Source: Antechinus flavipes (lineage: Eukaryota). From it: a stretch of DNA of 64,000 nt. How positions within the stretch are numbered: the first letter of the stretch is position 1; every line of letters begins with the position of its first letter. The position numbers and the translations under genes are program-made. The notes under the pieces are model-generated. The model was not told the DNA's origin. It did not search any database and saw nothing but the letters and a program-made list of their open reading frames with translations. The stretch is taken from positions 42,966,001 to 43,030,000 of the forward strand of contig NC_067404.1 in the NCBI RefSeq assembly GCF_016432865.1, given 5' to 3'. This document shows positions 36,687 through 50,037 of the stretch, one piece after another.

Positions 36687-39130
36687 ACATCTCTACATAT
36701 ATCACTCTATCTATATATCTATATATCTATATATCTATTCAACATATCTATACATCAATATATATCTATATATCAATATATATTCAATCTATCTATCTAA
36801 ATATATATCTATATAGTCAATATATCTATAAATCAATATATATCTATATAACAATATATATTCAAAATATCTATCTATATATATCAATTCAACATTTATA
36901 TATCTATATATATTCAATATATCTATATATATATATCAATATATCTATTCAATATATCTATATATCAATATATCTATCTCTCTATATATCAATATATATA
37001 TTCAATAAGTCTATACATCTATATCTATATGTATATATATATATATATCAATATATATTCAGTATATCTATACATCTATACAATATATATATTCAATATA
37101 TATTCAATCTATCTTTCTATCTATCTATATATGTGCATATATATCAATATATCTATATCTATCTTATCAATATATATTCAATACATCTATCTATATATCA
37201 ATATATTTATATTTATATATATCCAATATATCTATACATCAATACATATCTATATATGTATATATAGAGATATCAATATATTCAAAATATTTATCTNNNN
37301 NNNNNNNNNNNNNNNNNNNNNNNNNNNNNNNNNNNNNNNNNNNNNNNNNNNNNNNNNNNNNNNNNNNNNNNNNNNNNNNNNNNNNNNNNNNNNNNNNNNN
37401 NNNNNNNNNNNNNNNNNNNNNNNNNNNNNNNNNNNNNNNNNNNNNNNNNNNNNNNNNNNNNATATATCAATCTATATTCAATATATATATTTTTCAATAT
37501 ATATCTATATATATATCAATATCAATCTATCTATCTATATATCAATAGATATTCAACACATCTATACATCAATATATATTTATATCTATATATATCATAG
37601 CTATTCANNNNNNNNNNNNNNNNNNNNNNNNNNNNNNNNNNNNNNNNNNNNNNNNNNNNNNNNNNNNNNNNNNNNNNNNNNNNNNNNNNNNNNNNNNNNN
37701 NNNNNNNNNNNNNNNNNNNNNNNNNNNNNNNNNNNNNNNNNNNNNACATATCTATACATCAATATATCTATATAACAATATATATTCAATATATCTATGT
37801 ATCTATATCTATATCTATATCTACCTATCTATATACCAACTCAACATCTATATATCAATCTATATTAAATATATATTTTTTCAATATCTATATATCAATA
37901 TATCTATCTATATCCATATATATATTCAATACATCTATACATCTATATATATCAATATATCCATTCAATCTATATATCTATATCTATATCTATATCTATA
38001 TCTATATATATATATTCAACATATCTATACATCTATATATCTATATATCTATATATCAGTATATCTATTCAACATCTATATATCAATATATATTCAATAT
38101 ATGTCTATATATATCAATATATAGATATATTCAATATATCTATACAGCAATATATGTATATGTATTCAATATATCTATATATCAATATATATTCAATATA
38201 TATATCTATATATCAATATATATTCAATCTATCTATCTAAATATCTAGCTACATAAATATACATCTATATATTCAATATATCTATACATCAATATATATC
38301 TATATAACAATATATATTCAATCTATCTATCTATATCAATTCAACATCTATATATCTATATATATATATTCAACATATATATTCAATATATATCAATATA
38401 TCTATTCAATATGTCTATATATATATATCAATATATCTCTCTATCTATATATATTCAATATATCTATACATCAATACATATCTATATATCAGTATATCTA
38501 TTCAATATATCTATATATCTATATATTCAATTTATCTATCTATATCAATATATCTATATATCAATATATCTATATTCAATACATATAACTATATATCAAT
38601 ATATCTATACATCAATATCTATATCTATATCTATATATATTCAATCTATCTATATATATCAATATATATTCAATATATATCTATATATCAATATGTCTAT
38701 CTATATCAATATATGTATTCAATATATCTATATATCAATATATCAATACATATCTATATATATATATCAATATATCTATTTATGTTTATATATCAATATT
38801 TATATCCTATATATATCTGTATATCAATGTATATATATATCAACATATCTAGCAATATATCTATATAGCAATATATCTATTCTATATATCTATATACCAA
38901 TATATATTCAATATACCTATCTGTATATATCAATATATCTATATCAATATATATTCAATATATGTATACATCAATATATATCTATATATATCAACGTATC
39001 TATATATCACTATCTATATTCAATATATATCACTATATTCAATATCTATATATCTATATCTATCTATATATCTATATAGTCCCAAAGACTATGGAAATAT
39101 ATACGGATCTAAATAGATCATATCTCTATA
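35460..39130. repeat. ~3.7-kb degenerate AT-rich satellite (ATATATTCAATATATCTATATATC-like units) with two N gaps
   Basis: Directly visible; G is almost absent from the + strand. Gaps at about 37297-37461 and 37608-37745. Confidence 0.95.
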
Positions 39131-39949
39131 TATGTAAATACATACATACATACATACATATATATGTCTTAAGCTACTTCAGTAGCTCCCTATTATTTCT
39201 GTGTTCAAATAAATATTTTTCTGACAATATAATCCCCTTTCAATTTTTTAGTCATTTGACACTTTCTTTCCTTTTTATATACTACAGTCCAATCATAATA
39301 GTTTAGTAGCGAACACAAGGTTTTTCAACGGTGAATTTTGAAAATTATCTTTGCATGTGTTTGGAAAAATAAAAAGCTATTGTGAAAAATATAAGCATAA
39401 AATGTCCACGCAGAAAAAGCTTAAAAGAGTGTCGAGAGTGGTCTCCTAGGTTTGCTTATTAAATATATACCAGGGCACCTTAATCCTTGATCATACTATT
39501 AGTAAAGGTCTACAACCCCAAATCCACTGTCATTTAATAGAATAATTTGGAGTGTAACTATGAAATAAGTTCACACCAGACTCTATAGCAATTTAGCGCC
39601 TTGCACCACAAATACTAGGGGGGAGGTGGCAGAGAAAAGCGGGAAGGGGGAGGGGTGGCCGTGATGGCAGGTGGCGGCCTCGAATTCGACGGGCCCAGAG
39701 CTGTCCCAGGAAGGAGCCTTCTCCTCTCGGTGCCCCGACTTCAAGCACACACCATAAACTGCCCTAAACCTACGGACAGGGTCGATGCCAGACGTTTATG
39801 AGAAATAATATTAAATCCAACCACTTCAATTCTTTAACCATATTTAAAAACAACATAAGCGAAAGTGAGGCTGGGGTGAGGGATGGAAGCCCACGGCTCT
39901 GTGGGGAGCACCCAAACAGTCCCTAAAATAAAACCCTTAAAAAACTTAC

Positions 39950-40129
39950 CTCTTTACTTGTTTATTCAAATGGCTGTCACCCCTGAGGGTCTCACAGAAA
40001 GGAATCTCAGGTACAATGGCTACCAGTCGCTGTTCTGAACTCCGTCTTCAACGGTAGTACCACAGTAGCCTGTGACAGGAAGTGCTCCACAAGCACGCTT
40101 CTTCTGGAGGCGTGATCTCGTGATAGTTC
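39950..40129 (-). other. Candidate non-coding first exon of a minus-strand transcript
   Basis: Consensus donor GAG|GTAAGT at 39950/49 and no ATG in the exon. An ETS core (CAGGAAGTG at ~40076 on +) and raised CpG density from 39600 to 40130 lie just downstream of the E-box array. The 5' boundary is unknown. Confidence 0.5.
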
Positions 40130-40449
40130 CACGTGACCCTGTGGCAAGTTCTGGAAACCTACAGGGGAAGAATCACGTGACCCTGTGGCAAGTTCTGGAA
40201 CCCTACAGGGGAAGAATCACGTGACCCTGTGGTGGTCTGGAACCCTACAGGAGAAGAATCACGTGACCCTGTGGCATTCTGGAACACTACAGGGGAAGAA
40301 ATCATGTGACTCTGTGGCGGTCTGTTACAGGGGAAGAATCATGTGACCCTGTGGCATTCTGGAACACTACAGGGGAAGAAATCATGTGACCCTGTGGCAT
40401 TCTGTTACAGGGGAAGAATCACGTGACCCTGTGGGATTCTGGAACCTAC
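40060..40449 (-). promoter_or_regulatory. Putative promoter/enhancer: homotypic USF/MiT-TFE/SREBP-type E-box cluster plus ETS site
   Basis: The minus strand reads GGTCACGTGA (USF-type) in most units; seven of eight units match TCAYGTGA (MiT/TFE-type). Function is inferred from motifs only. Confidence 0.5.
40130..40449. repeat. Minisatellite of 8 units (37-44 bp), each carrying one E-box
   Basis: CACGTGAC at 40130, 40174, 40218, 40260, 40420 and CATGTGAC at 40303, 40340, 40383. Unit approximately (T)CACGTGACCCTGTGGCATTCTGGAACCCTACAGGGGAAGAA. Confidence 0.95.
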
Positions 40450-40472
40450 TAATCTTTTTTTTTTTTTTTTCC

Positions 40473-40600
40473 TGAGGCATTTGGAGTTAAGTGACTTGCC
40501 CAGGATCACACAGCCAGGAAGTGTTAAGAGTCTGAGGCCACATTTGACCTCAGGTCATCCTGACTTCAGGGCTGGTGCTCTATCCGCTGTGCTACCTTAC
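40473..40600 (-). mobile_element. WSINE1 abutting the E-box array
   Basis: Reverse WSINE1 with poly-T at 40455-40470; CTACTA(A)TCTTT flanks suggest a TSD. Confidence 0.9.
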
Positions 40601-41384
40601 TGTGCTACCCTACTATCTTTTGCCAGAGGTTGTCAATAATGGGGTTATATATTTAGGGGGCCCTCAGAGACCGGCCATATTATTTTACTGAAGGGAATGA
40701 GGAGAGCCAAGTTGCTGAAGAAGTTGCTTAAGGACACGTGATTGGTTAGTCTCAGGCAAGATTTGCATCCAGAGCTTCCTGACTCTTAAGTCCAGTATTT
40801 TGATGTACTGTGGCTGTGTGGCAGGCACAGTAAAAATTGAAGACTGTGTCAAGGGCACTGGACCTGTACCAATAAGTCCTCCATGTCTGCATCACAGTTT
40901 GCAGAAAGACTCTCCAATTCAGTATAATGGGTTCTTTATTTAGAATAAGAAAAACCTGGGTTCAAATCCCACCACAGAGGCTTACTAGTTGTGTGACGAG
41001 GGGTAAATCATTTAATCTCCCTAAACTCCAATATCCTCAACTGTAAAATGTGGCTCAAACAGAGAATACATTCCAAGCATTTGGAAGATTTTTAAGTATT
41101 ATGTAAAAAAATAAAAAATAAAATAGAAATAGAAATAGAAAAATAAAATTTAAAAATGTAAATACTTGCTATTAATAGTCAACTTCACCAACCACTGATG
41201 TTTACCTTGGTATCAGGCACTGAGCTAAATTCTGGGGAAACAAAAACATAAAGACAGTCTCTCAAGGAGCTTGCATCTAATGAGGGAAGACAATGCACAA
41301 AAAAGAGCTGGAAAAAAAAGTATGGGGAGTTCAATGCAATTCAACAAACATTTATTAAGCACCTCCTAAAGGTGCTAATATATT

Positions 41385-42690
41385 TTTTTATTGAAGCTTT
41401 TTCATTTTCAAAACACATGCAAGGATAATTTTTCTTCCATTGACCTTTGCAAAACCTTGTGTTCCAATTTCCCCCCTTCCCCCATCCGCTCTCCTAGATG
41501 GCAAGTAATCCAATATACATTAAACATAGTAAAATATATGTTAAATCCAATATGTATCAACATAATTATACAATTCTCTTGCTGCACAAGAAAAATCAGA
41601 TCAAAAAGGAAAAACCTAAGAAAACAAAATGCAAGCGAACAACACTTCAAAGGGGGCTGCCACAAACTTTTTTGCACATATAGGTCTCTTTCCCTTCTTT
41701 AAGATCTTCAGAAACTGGAAACTGAGTGGCTGCCCATCAGTTGGAGAATGGCTGAATAAATTGTGGTATATGAATGTTATGGAATATTATTGTTCTATAA
41801 GAAATGACCAGCAGGAAGATTTCAGAAAGACCTGGAGAGACTTACAGGAACTGATGCTGAGTGAAATGAGCAGGATCAGGAGATCATTATATAATTCAAC
41901 CACAATACTATATGATGATCAATTCTGATGGACGTGGTTCTCTTCAACAATGAGATGAATCAAATCAGTCCCAATAGAGCAGTAATGAACTGAACCCAGC
42001 TATGCCCAGTGAAAGAACTCTGGGAGATGACTATGAACCCACTACATAGAATTCCTAATCCCTCTGTTTTTGTCCACCTGCATTTTTGATTTCCTTCACA
42101 GGTTAATTGGACACTATTTCAAAGTCTGACACTTTTTGTACAGCAAAATAACTGTTAGGACATGTATACATATATTGTATTTAACTTATACTTTAACACA
42201 TTTAACATGTATTGGTCAACCTGCCATCTGGGGGAAGGGGTGGGGGGAAGGAGGGGAAAAGTTGGAACAAAAGGTCTGGCAATTGTCAATGCTGAAAAAT
42301 TACCCATGCATATAACTTGTAAATAAAAAGCTATAATAACAATAATAAGAAGAAGAAAATAAACAAACAAATAAATAATAAAAAATTTGTCTTATTTTCC
42401 CTTAAAAAAATCTTTGGGATATAAACCCAATAATAATACTTCTGGATCAAAGGGTATGCACAGTTTGATAGCCCTTTGGGCATAGTTCCAATTTACTCTC
42501 CAGAATGGCTGCATGGGTTCACAACTCCATCAACAACCATATTAATATCCCAGTTTTCCCATATCTCCTCCAACATCAGTCATTATCTCTTCCTGTGATT
42601 TTAGCCAATCTGAGAGGTGTGTAGTGGTAGGTACCTCAGAGTTGTTTTAATTTGCATTTCTCTGATCGGTAATGATTTAGAGCACTCAAG
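41385..42690. mobile_element. Minus-strand L1 (41385-41710 and 42395-42690) interrupted by a plus-strand L1 3' end (~41710-42340)
   Basis: The reverse ORF2/3' UTR sequence ...tttcccttctttaagatct resumes as tttcccttaaaaaaatctttgggatataaaccc after the plus-strand L1. Confidence 0.8.
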
Positions 42691-42699
42691 GTGCTAATC

Positions 42700-43400
42700 T
42701 TATCTAAATCTAAAGCATGATAAATTTGGGGAATACCAAAAGAGGCAAAAGCTCTCAAGGAGTTTGCAGTGTGTGAGGTGGGGGGAAAAGTAATTGTATA
42801 CAAATTATATACAAAGAAACTATATACAGGATAAATAGAAAATAATTAACAGAGGAAAGGCTCTGGAATTTAGAGGGGTTGAGAAAAGCTTCCAGGAAAA
42901 ACACAGGATTTTTAGTTGGGAGTTAAAGGAAGCCAGAGAGATCATATGGGAATGGTGGAGGGAGAGCATTCCAGGCACGGGGGACCATTAGAGAAAATAC
43001 CCTGAGCCAAGAAAAGGAGTACCTTTTGGGAAAGCCAGGAGGCCAGTATTATTAGCCGTAAGAGTACATGCTGGGAAGAGAGGCATAAAAAGATTGGAAA
43101 GGTTGGACAGGGCAGGGTTATGAAAGGTTTTGAATGTCAAATGGACCATTTGTTCCTGGAGGCAATGGGGAAACTACTTCAGTTTTTCGAGTAGAGTAGA
43201 GGGTGGATGGTGACATGATTGGCTGGTGGAGAGGAACATGGTAGCAAGCCAGAGAGTGGAGCATGGATGATCTGGGTCTTTCCTCAAAAAGGAAGTTTTG
43301 GAGAAACTCATCAGTAGGACAAGGGCACTGCCGGGGCTGATGGAGAAAGCAATTGAAAATGTGGTGATGAAATCCTTCCAATGGAGGATGGCTGATTTGG
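42700..43400 (-). mobile_element. L2 fragment
   Basis: ggagagcattccaggcacgggggacc...ggaaagccaggaggccagt...gggttatgaaaggttttgaatgtcaa. Confidence 0.7.
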
Positions 43401-46289
43401 GCCCTCCGGTTCCATATTTTCATTTCCAAGTCTCATCCTTGGAACCACCTACATAGAAGCATCATAGAACTCTCAGACTGTAAGGGAACTTTAAGAACTC
43501 ATCTTATCCAGCCTTAGTTTTCAGCGTAAGAAATTGAAACCCTGAGGGATTCAGAGATTTGTACAATCATGTCCCGTTTCTAACCCAGTTCTTCTGCTTG
43601 TTTCCAGCCCCAGTGCCAGCTTTCTGGAATCAAGATCTATTCAGGCTCATGCTTCTTGACAATCGCTTCCCACAGGAGACAAAATCCTGCGGTGCTCCAG
43701 GCTTATTCCGAGATACTGCTCCCTTCCAACACTCTGTTTCAGTCCAATCGGCTTTTTTTGTTTTTCCTACCATCCATCTCTGGCCTCTATGCCTGGAGTG
43801 TACTACATCCTTACTTTTGCTTCGCCGAATGCCTCGTTCTGCCCAAGGTAATTTCCTATAGGAGGAAAAACCCCTCCTCTCCCCAGTTGCTCTGATCCTC
43901 CCTGACCCCCCACTGCTACCCCCTTTCCCTGTCCCAAAATCATTTTGTATTTGCTTCTCTGTGTACATGCCCTCTCCCCTCAGAAGACTGGAAGCTCCCT
44001 GAGGACAGGGACTGTTTCACGTTTGCCTTTGTACCAGCATTTGTCACAGCGCCTGTCCCATAGCAGATGCTTAATACATACTTGTTCGGTGGGGGAGAGG
44101 GACTTTTCAATTACAATGAAAATTGATTTGACGAAATTAGGGGGAAAAAATGATCCATCAGTAGTGAGCAAAGCTCAGAGAAGGGAATGGCTTTCCCAAA
44201 CTCACAGAACTGAATGGTGGTAGTTAGAACCACACGTAGTAGAACAAACGTGAGGTTTGTGGACTTTTTGTCTAGAATTTGACCTACTGTACATTATGTA
44301 GAGAAGTGGACTACTTAGCTCTTGGTGTATATATGTGAACCTGTTGCCTTATGAGTGTGTGTGTGTGTGTGTGTATGTGCATGTGCGCATGCGTGTGCAT
44401 CCTTGAACATTAACACACAATCTATAGCTGGAGTTATTTTAGACCTTCACAAAGATTGGAGTCTTTCTGATTAGTTGGCTCTTTCTCCAGATAAACACTA
44501 GGTGGCATGGAGAATTAATAAAGTAGAAAATGAAACTGGCCAGAATCTCCCATTCAGAATCCTCGTGCCCTCTGGACTGCCCCAACTGTTGTGATGATCA
44601 TTTTAAAGGGAAAGTAACCATCTGACCAACAGAGAACACATTTCTCTGGCCAATTGATTCTCAAACTTTTTGGTCTCTTGACAGTCTTAAAAATTACTTA
44701 GGACGCCCCACCAGCATCACCAAGAGGCCTATTAAAGTAAATGAATAATGAGGTAATTAGAATTATTATAAAAATATTTTTGCTGTCATGGGCCTCTTAG
44801 AAGGGTCTCGATGACCCCCCTATCTCTGGATCACACTTTGAGAACCACTGTTCTAATGTTTTTGAGAATCACCTAGCAGCAATTCTTATTCCCATTTTGA
44901 AGGGGTATCAGGTTAAGAGAAGAGCTAGTGTGGATAAGCCCTCTGATTTCTCTAAGCCCATTTCCTCCACTAAAAAAATTGAGACAATAATAACTGTTCT
45001 GTTCTGTGAGTTTGGGAAAGCCATTCCCTTCTCTGAGCCTCAGTTTCCACTTATGTCACCAGACTCAGCTCTGACCCTCTAGGTCAGAATTTCCTTCTAG
45101 AAGGGGTTATTGGGAATCTCCATTGAGATAACAGGTAGGAAGCATTTTATACATTCTACAGCACCATAGCAATTTCAGTTATTGTTAGAATAACATCTTT
45201 TTATCTTAGAACCAGAAAAAAAAGACAAAAAAAAGGAATGGCATCTGTTAGAATCATAGGATGTCGGAACTGGAAAAAGATTACGCATAGAATGAAAAGA
45301 ATTATAAGGAAATTCTGACCTAGAGGGTCAGAGCTGAGTCTGATGAGATAAGTGGAAACTGAGGTTGAGAGAAGGGAATGGCTTTCCCAAACTTACAGAA
45401 CCGAATGGCGGTAATTAGAACCACACGTGAGGTTTGTGGACTTTCTGCCTAGAATTTGACCTATTGTACATTATGTAGAGAAACGAAGGACCAAATCATC
45501 TCAGATCTCTTTCTGAAGGTGGGGCCTATGCTTGAACATATTAGCAGAAGAAGCTCTCTGTGTCTATTTTAGAAGTGATTTCGAGAGAGTTTGAGCCCAT
45601 TCTCTCCAAAGACTGAGGCGACTCCTGGCATATTTTTCATTGCTCTATTTTCTTAGCACATATCCCTTTATAAAAGCTAACTTATGTGAAGTGGTAAAAT
45701 GGTCAGTGATGTTTGATATGAATGAGAATAGTGGCCAGAATGGGACTCAGACTGATTATCACCTGAACAACCCTTAGATTATGGAAGTGGAGATAATTTC
45801 GTGAGGGATCCAATTGCCCATGAGAGTGGGGCACGGCCTAAGCAGCTTCAGAGCTTCACTGGGCCAGGTTTTGGTGGGAGAAACAATATAGGAACAGGCC
45901 ATAGGATCGACCGATTCTAGCCCTAAAGCTGGAAGGGATCTCCAAGGCCATCTAAGCCAACCCCTTCACTGTACAGAAGAAGAAACTGAGGTCCAGGGAG
46001 GGGAAGGGATTTGCCCAGCACCATAGTGACCATCATAGACATAAAGCTGGAAGAGACCTCAGAGTATACATCTAGTTCAATCCTCTCATTTTCCAAATAA
46101 ACTGGGGTACAGTGAGGTTAAATGAGTTATCCAAGCTCATGCAGATAGTAAATGGCAAAGTTGGGATTTGAAATCAGGTCATATTGCTCCAAATTCAACA
46201 CTCTTTCCAAAATAGGTTTTTAAAGTTATGCAATAAATACATAAATAAATACAAAGTATTTTAGAGGATGGCACTAACACTAAAACATG

Positions 46290-46540
46290 GGGGGCAGTTA
46301 GGTGGCACTATAGTGGATAGAGCGCTGAGCTTGGAATCAGGAAGACTCACTTTCCTAAGTTCAAATCTGGCCTCGGCCACTTAGTAACCATGTGATCCCG
46401 AGCAAGCCACTTCACTCTGTTTGCCTCAGTTTCCTCATCTGTAAAATGAGCCGGAGACGGAAATGACCAACCGCTCCGGTATCTTTTCCCACGTAGGATC
46501 ACAAAGACTTGGACGTGACTGAAAAACGACTGGATAACAA
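46290..46540 (+). mobile_element. MAR1 SINE
   Basis: ggggggcagttaggtggcactatagtggatagagcgctgagc...ctgtaaaatgagccggagacggaaatgacc. Confidence 0.85.
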
Positions 46541-48539
46541 AGATCAAGTGAGGGAATCGGGAAATTCCTGTAGGAGGTAGATTTGAACTGAACCTACCGG
46601 AGAACCATCGAGGCAGAGGGGAACACATGTCTTGCATGAGGAATAGTAACTAAAACAGTTTGGCTAGAATTTGGAACTCGTGACACAGATCCTGTCTTTG
46701 TAAAGCTTCTAGCCCAGTCGGGGAGACCCAGACCCTAATCTCCGAGAATCTAAAATCTCAGAATATTTACAGAAATAACTGTGATCCCGGGAAATCAAGA
46801 CCAGTGCAAATGAGAGGACCAGGCAAAATGCTGGGAAAGCATACTAGCAGGAGAGTGCTTTGCAAACTTGAAAACTCCACCAAAATGTGAGCGATGGTTA
46901 TGATTAGTGGTTCTAAGCACCCAATTATTTTTGACTGTGGCAATCAGTGCCAGGGAGCAGCAGGAATAGCTCCCTGTCCCGGCACATACCTTCGGCATTA
47001 CTGCATGACTCAGAGAGATGAGAGGCCGTCGACCACAAAAGCACAAGATGTCAGCCTGGAGTGACTAAAGATCAACTGGGTTGGTTTTGTCTTCTCTTGT
47101 TTAAGGTCAGAAAAGGGGCACGTGCCTGTTTTAGAAAGGCAAATCCTGTGGAGGCTATCCAGAGCCACCGTCTTCTCCACCTCCAGCTGCACCATTCCAG
47201 GCCGGGACCTCGTACTGTCTAATCTCAGGAATCCGCTTTTGCATCTAGAACACCTAGCGGCATAATATTGAGGCAAAACTTTTGGACTTGGACTCAAAAG
47301 GATTTGGATTTGAATCCTGAGCTGGCCAGTTGTTAATCAGGTGATTTTCATAAATCACATAGCTCTCTGAGCCTAAATCTCCTCATCTGTAGAATAATGA
47401 GGTGGCACTAGGTGACCCCAATGGTTCCCTTTAAGCTCTTTGTTCTCAATTTTGTGTGTAGGTCTGGTCAAGTCACTCCGCTACTCAAGAAGGTGCAATT
47501 TCTCCCTGTTTGCCTCAAATATAAGATATAAACTCTTCCATTTCATGTAGCAAGCCCTTCATACTCAGGTTCCAACCTATCTTTCCAGACTAACACTACT
47601 CTTCTTCATACATCGGATGTTACAGTCACACCAGCCTACTTGTTGTTCCCAGTGGATGGAATTGAATCTCCTACCTCTACGCCTTTGCTTGGGCTGTATC
47701 CTGTGACGGGCACACTTTCCTTCTTTCCCTTAATCTCATGGAGTCCTAACTCTCTTCAAGGTCCAATTCCTGTACAATACCTAGCCTGGTCCCTTCCAGT
47801 TGGTAATGTCCCTCCACTCTTCCCTCACTTACTTTTATATTTTGTATAAGTATGTATATATGATACACACATATATGTATATATGTAAACACACACATAT
47901 GTATATACATGTCATAGACTTAGAATCAGGAGGAACTTTGGGGCTTATTTAATCCTATTTTACAGATTTGACAACTAGTATCTGGGAAAAGTTAAGTGAT
48001 ACTGCCAGGGTCATTCACATAGTAAATAGCAGAGCCTCGGCTGAAACTGAGGCCCATTGATTCCAAAGTTGGCACTCTCTTCCACTGTCCTATTCCACCT
48101 CCCACAGGAGTCTCTTTCTTTCTTCTTTCACCATTAAGAAGGTGTCATAGATACCTGCAAACTTCTTCTATCCCCTGGATTAGCAGGGTTCCCATTAGAA
48201 AATGATTGTCATTTTTGTCCTTGTGCTCCCAGAACTGTGCACAATTTCTGGCACATAGTAGCTGCTTAATAAATGTTGAGTTGAATTGAGTGATTCATAT
48301 TTTATGCTGAGATTTGAAGGAACAGTTCAGGGGGCAGCAGTGCATTTGATCATTTTTTTATGACAACTTGGAGGGAAAACCTTCATTTTAAGTTCAGATG
48401 ACTCTCCACTTAGTGTCTTCCTATAAAAAGAAATATAATTCACCAGAATCCCTCAGGATTGACAACCAGGAAAAATTTTTCCCTCCCCGCTTCAGTGCTG
48501 AAAAGTATCTTGAATGAATTTTCCTTGGTCCCTTTCATT

Positions 48540-49110
48540 CGATTCGGTCGACATTTATTAAACACCTATTGTTTACATGGAGAAAATCCAAAGCTTAGAT
48601 CAGGTTACATCGTGGAATTTATAATCAATCAGAATTGAATTAAACTAAATTCATTCCTTCATCACCATTTTAAAGTAACTATTATGTGCCAGGTACTGTG
48701 CTGGGCATTGGATATACAGCCAAAAAACTAAATATTCCTTCCCTCGAGTAGCTTAAATTATGCTGGAAGAAACATTTATTTTTACAGAAAAAGAAATGTA
48801 AAATAGATGCAAACTAAATATAAATTAATTTGGAGAGGTCCTAGTAAGGGGTGTAGATCAGACTAGACTTCTTGTAGGAGGTAACACTGGAGCTTAACTT
48901 TAAAAGAAGCAGGAGATTGTAAGAAGCAGAAGAGGAGGAGGCAGCGTATACCACGAGGGACAGTATATTCAAAGACCTGGAAGCAGTAGATCAAATGCTG
49001 AATTTTTAGGACGGCAAGTTGGCCAGTTTGGCTGGTCTATAGGGTATATGAAAGGAGGAAATGAGCAATAAACCAAAAAAGTCAAATTGGAGTCCCATTT
49101 GAAAGAGCTT
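48540..49110 (-). mobile_element. L2 3' fragments
   Basis: aactattatgtgccaggtactgtgctgggcattggatatacag...ggccagtttggctgg. Confidence 0.6.
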
Positions 49111-49809
49111 TAAATATTCTGTACTTAGTAAATGCTGTCTAGATATTTGTTGAGTTGGCTTTGTTCAGTGTACGCGTTTTAAAGGAAGCACTTTTTTTCT
49201 CTGTGAACCCTGGATCTCCAACGAGTTGCCGATGTTGGCCATAAGCATAGAAGTTGATGTAATATAGCTTCTAGGAGAGACAGCAATGATTTTGAGGTCC
49301 CCCACCTTGGAGTGCTATTGTTCTAACCATCTGTCTGTCAATGATTCTAAAGTTTTCTGGCCTTAAAATAGTCCTGCAAATATTACTGACTGACAATCTG
49401 TTGGGTCAGTGATAACCAAGTTCCTGAGGCAACAGTGAATAAGACCACCCCTCAAACCTACCCAAAAACCATAAAATTAGCAAATAAGTAACATGAAGCT
49501 CTGATCCAACTCTGTCCTAGAAATCTATCTCCTTTCTCTCGGTTCCTTGCTAATCTCTTCCGGAGTTTAGCCCATTTTGATCGGTGTTACAATTCCAATA
49601 AACTTTGCCTCTTGACTAGGAAGTGGGTTCAAGTCTGCAAATTCTTTTGAGACACCTTGCGACCAGTCTGTGATCTCCAACCTTTTGGGGTCCCTTCCCA
49701 ACATCAACAAAGGGAAGCAAAGCATTGTAGAATAGAGAGATAGAGTACCCTTTGATAACATTCATTTAATAAATCATCATCCCATCTCACCACAGTTAAG
49801 TGCCATTAC

Positions 49810-50037
49810 AGTGGATAGAGTGCCAGGTCTAGAGTCAGGAACACTCCTCTTCTTGAGTTCAAATCGATCTCAGATACTTCCCAGTTGTGTGACCCTGAGC
49901 AAGTCACTTAACCCTGTTTGCCTCCATTTTCTCATTTGTAAAATGAGCTGGAGAAAGAAATGGCAAACCGCTCTTTTATCTTTGCCAAGAAAACTCCAAA
50001 ATGTGGTTCTGAAGAGCTAGACATGCCTGAATAACAA
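49810..50037 (+). mobile_element. MAR1 SINE
   Basis: gtaaaatgagctggagaaagaaatggcaaaccgctc...gccaagaaaactccaaaatg. Confidence 0.85.

Noticed and set aside
35510-39306. Ile/Tyr-rich ORFs
   Set aside because: AT satellite artefacts, some spanning N gaps.
35460-40449. RSX (marsupial X-inactivation lncRNA), suggested by the tandem repeats near a candidate lncRNA 5' end
   Set aside because: RSX has multi-kilobase exonic tandem repeats and lies near HPRT1/PHF6. No exon of either gene is visible, and the array here is only 320 bp and upstream of the exon.
40130-40449. CRISPR-like repeat-spacer array
   Set aside because: Eukaryotic context; the units are wholly repeated with no unique spacers, and there are no cas genes.
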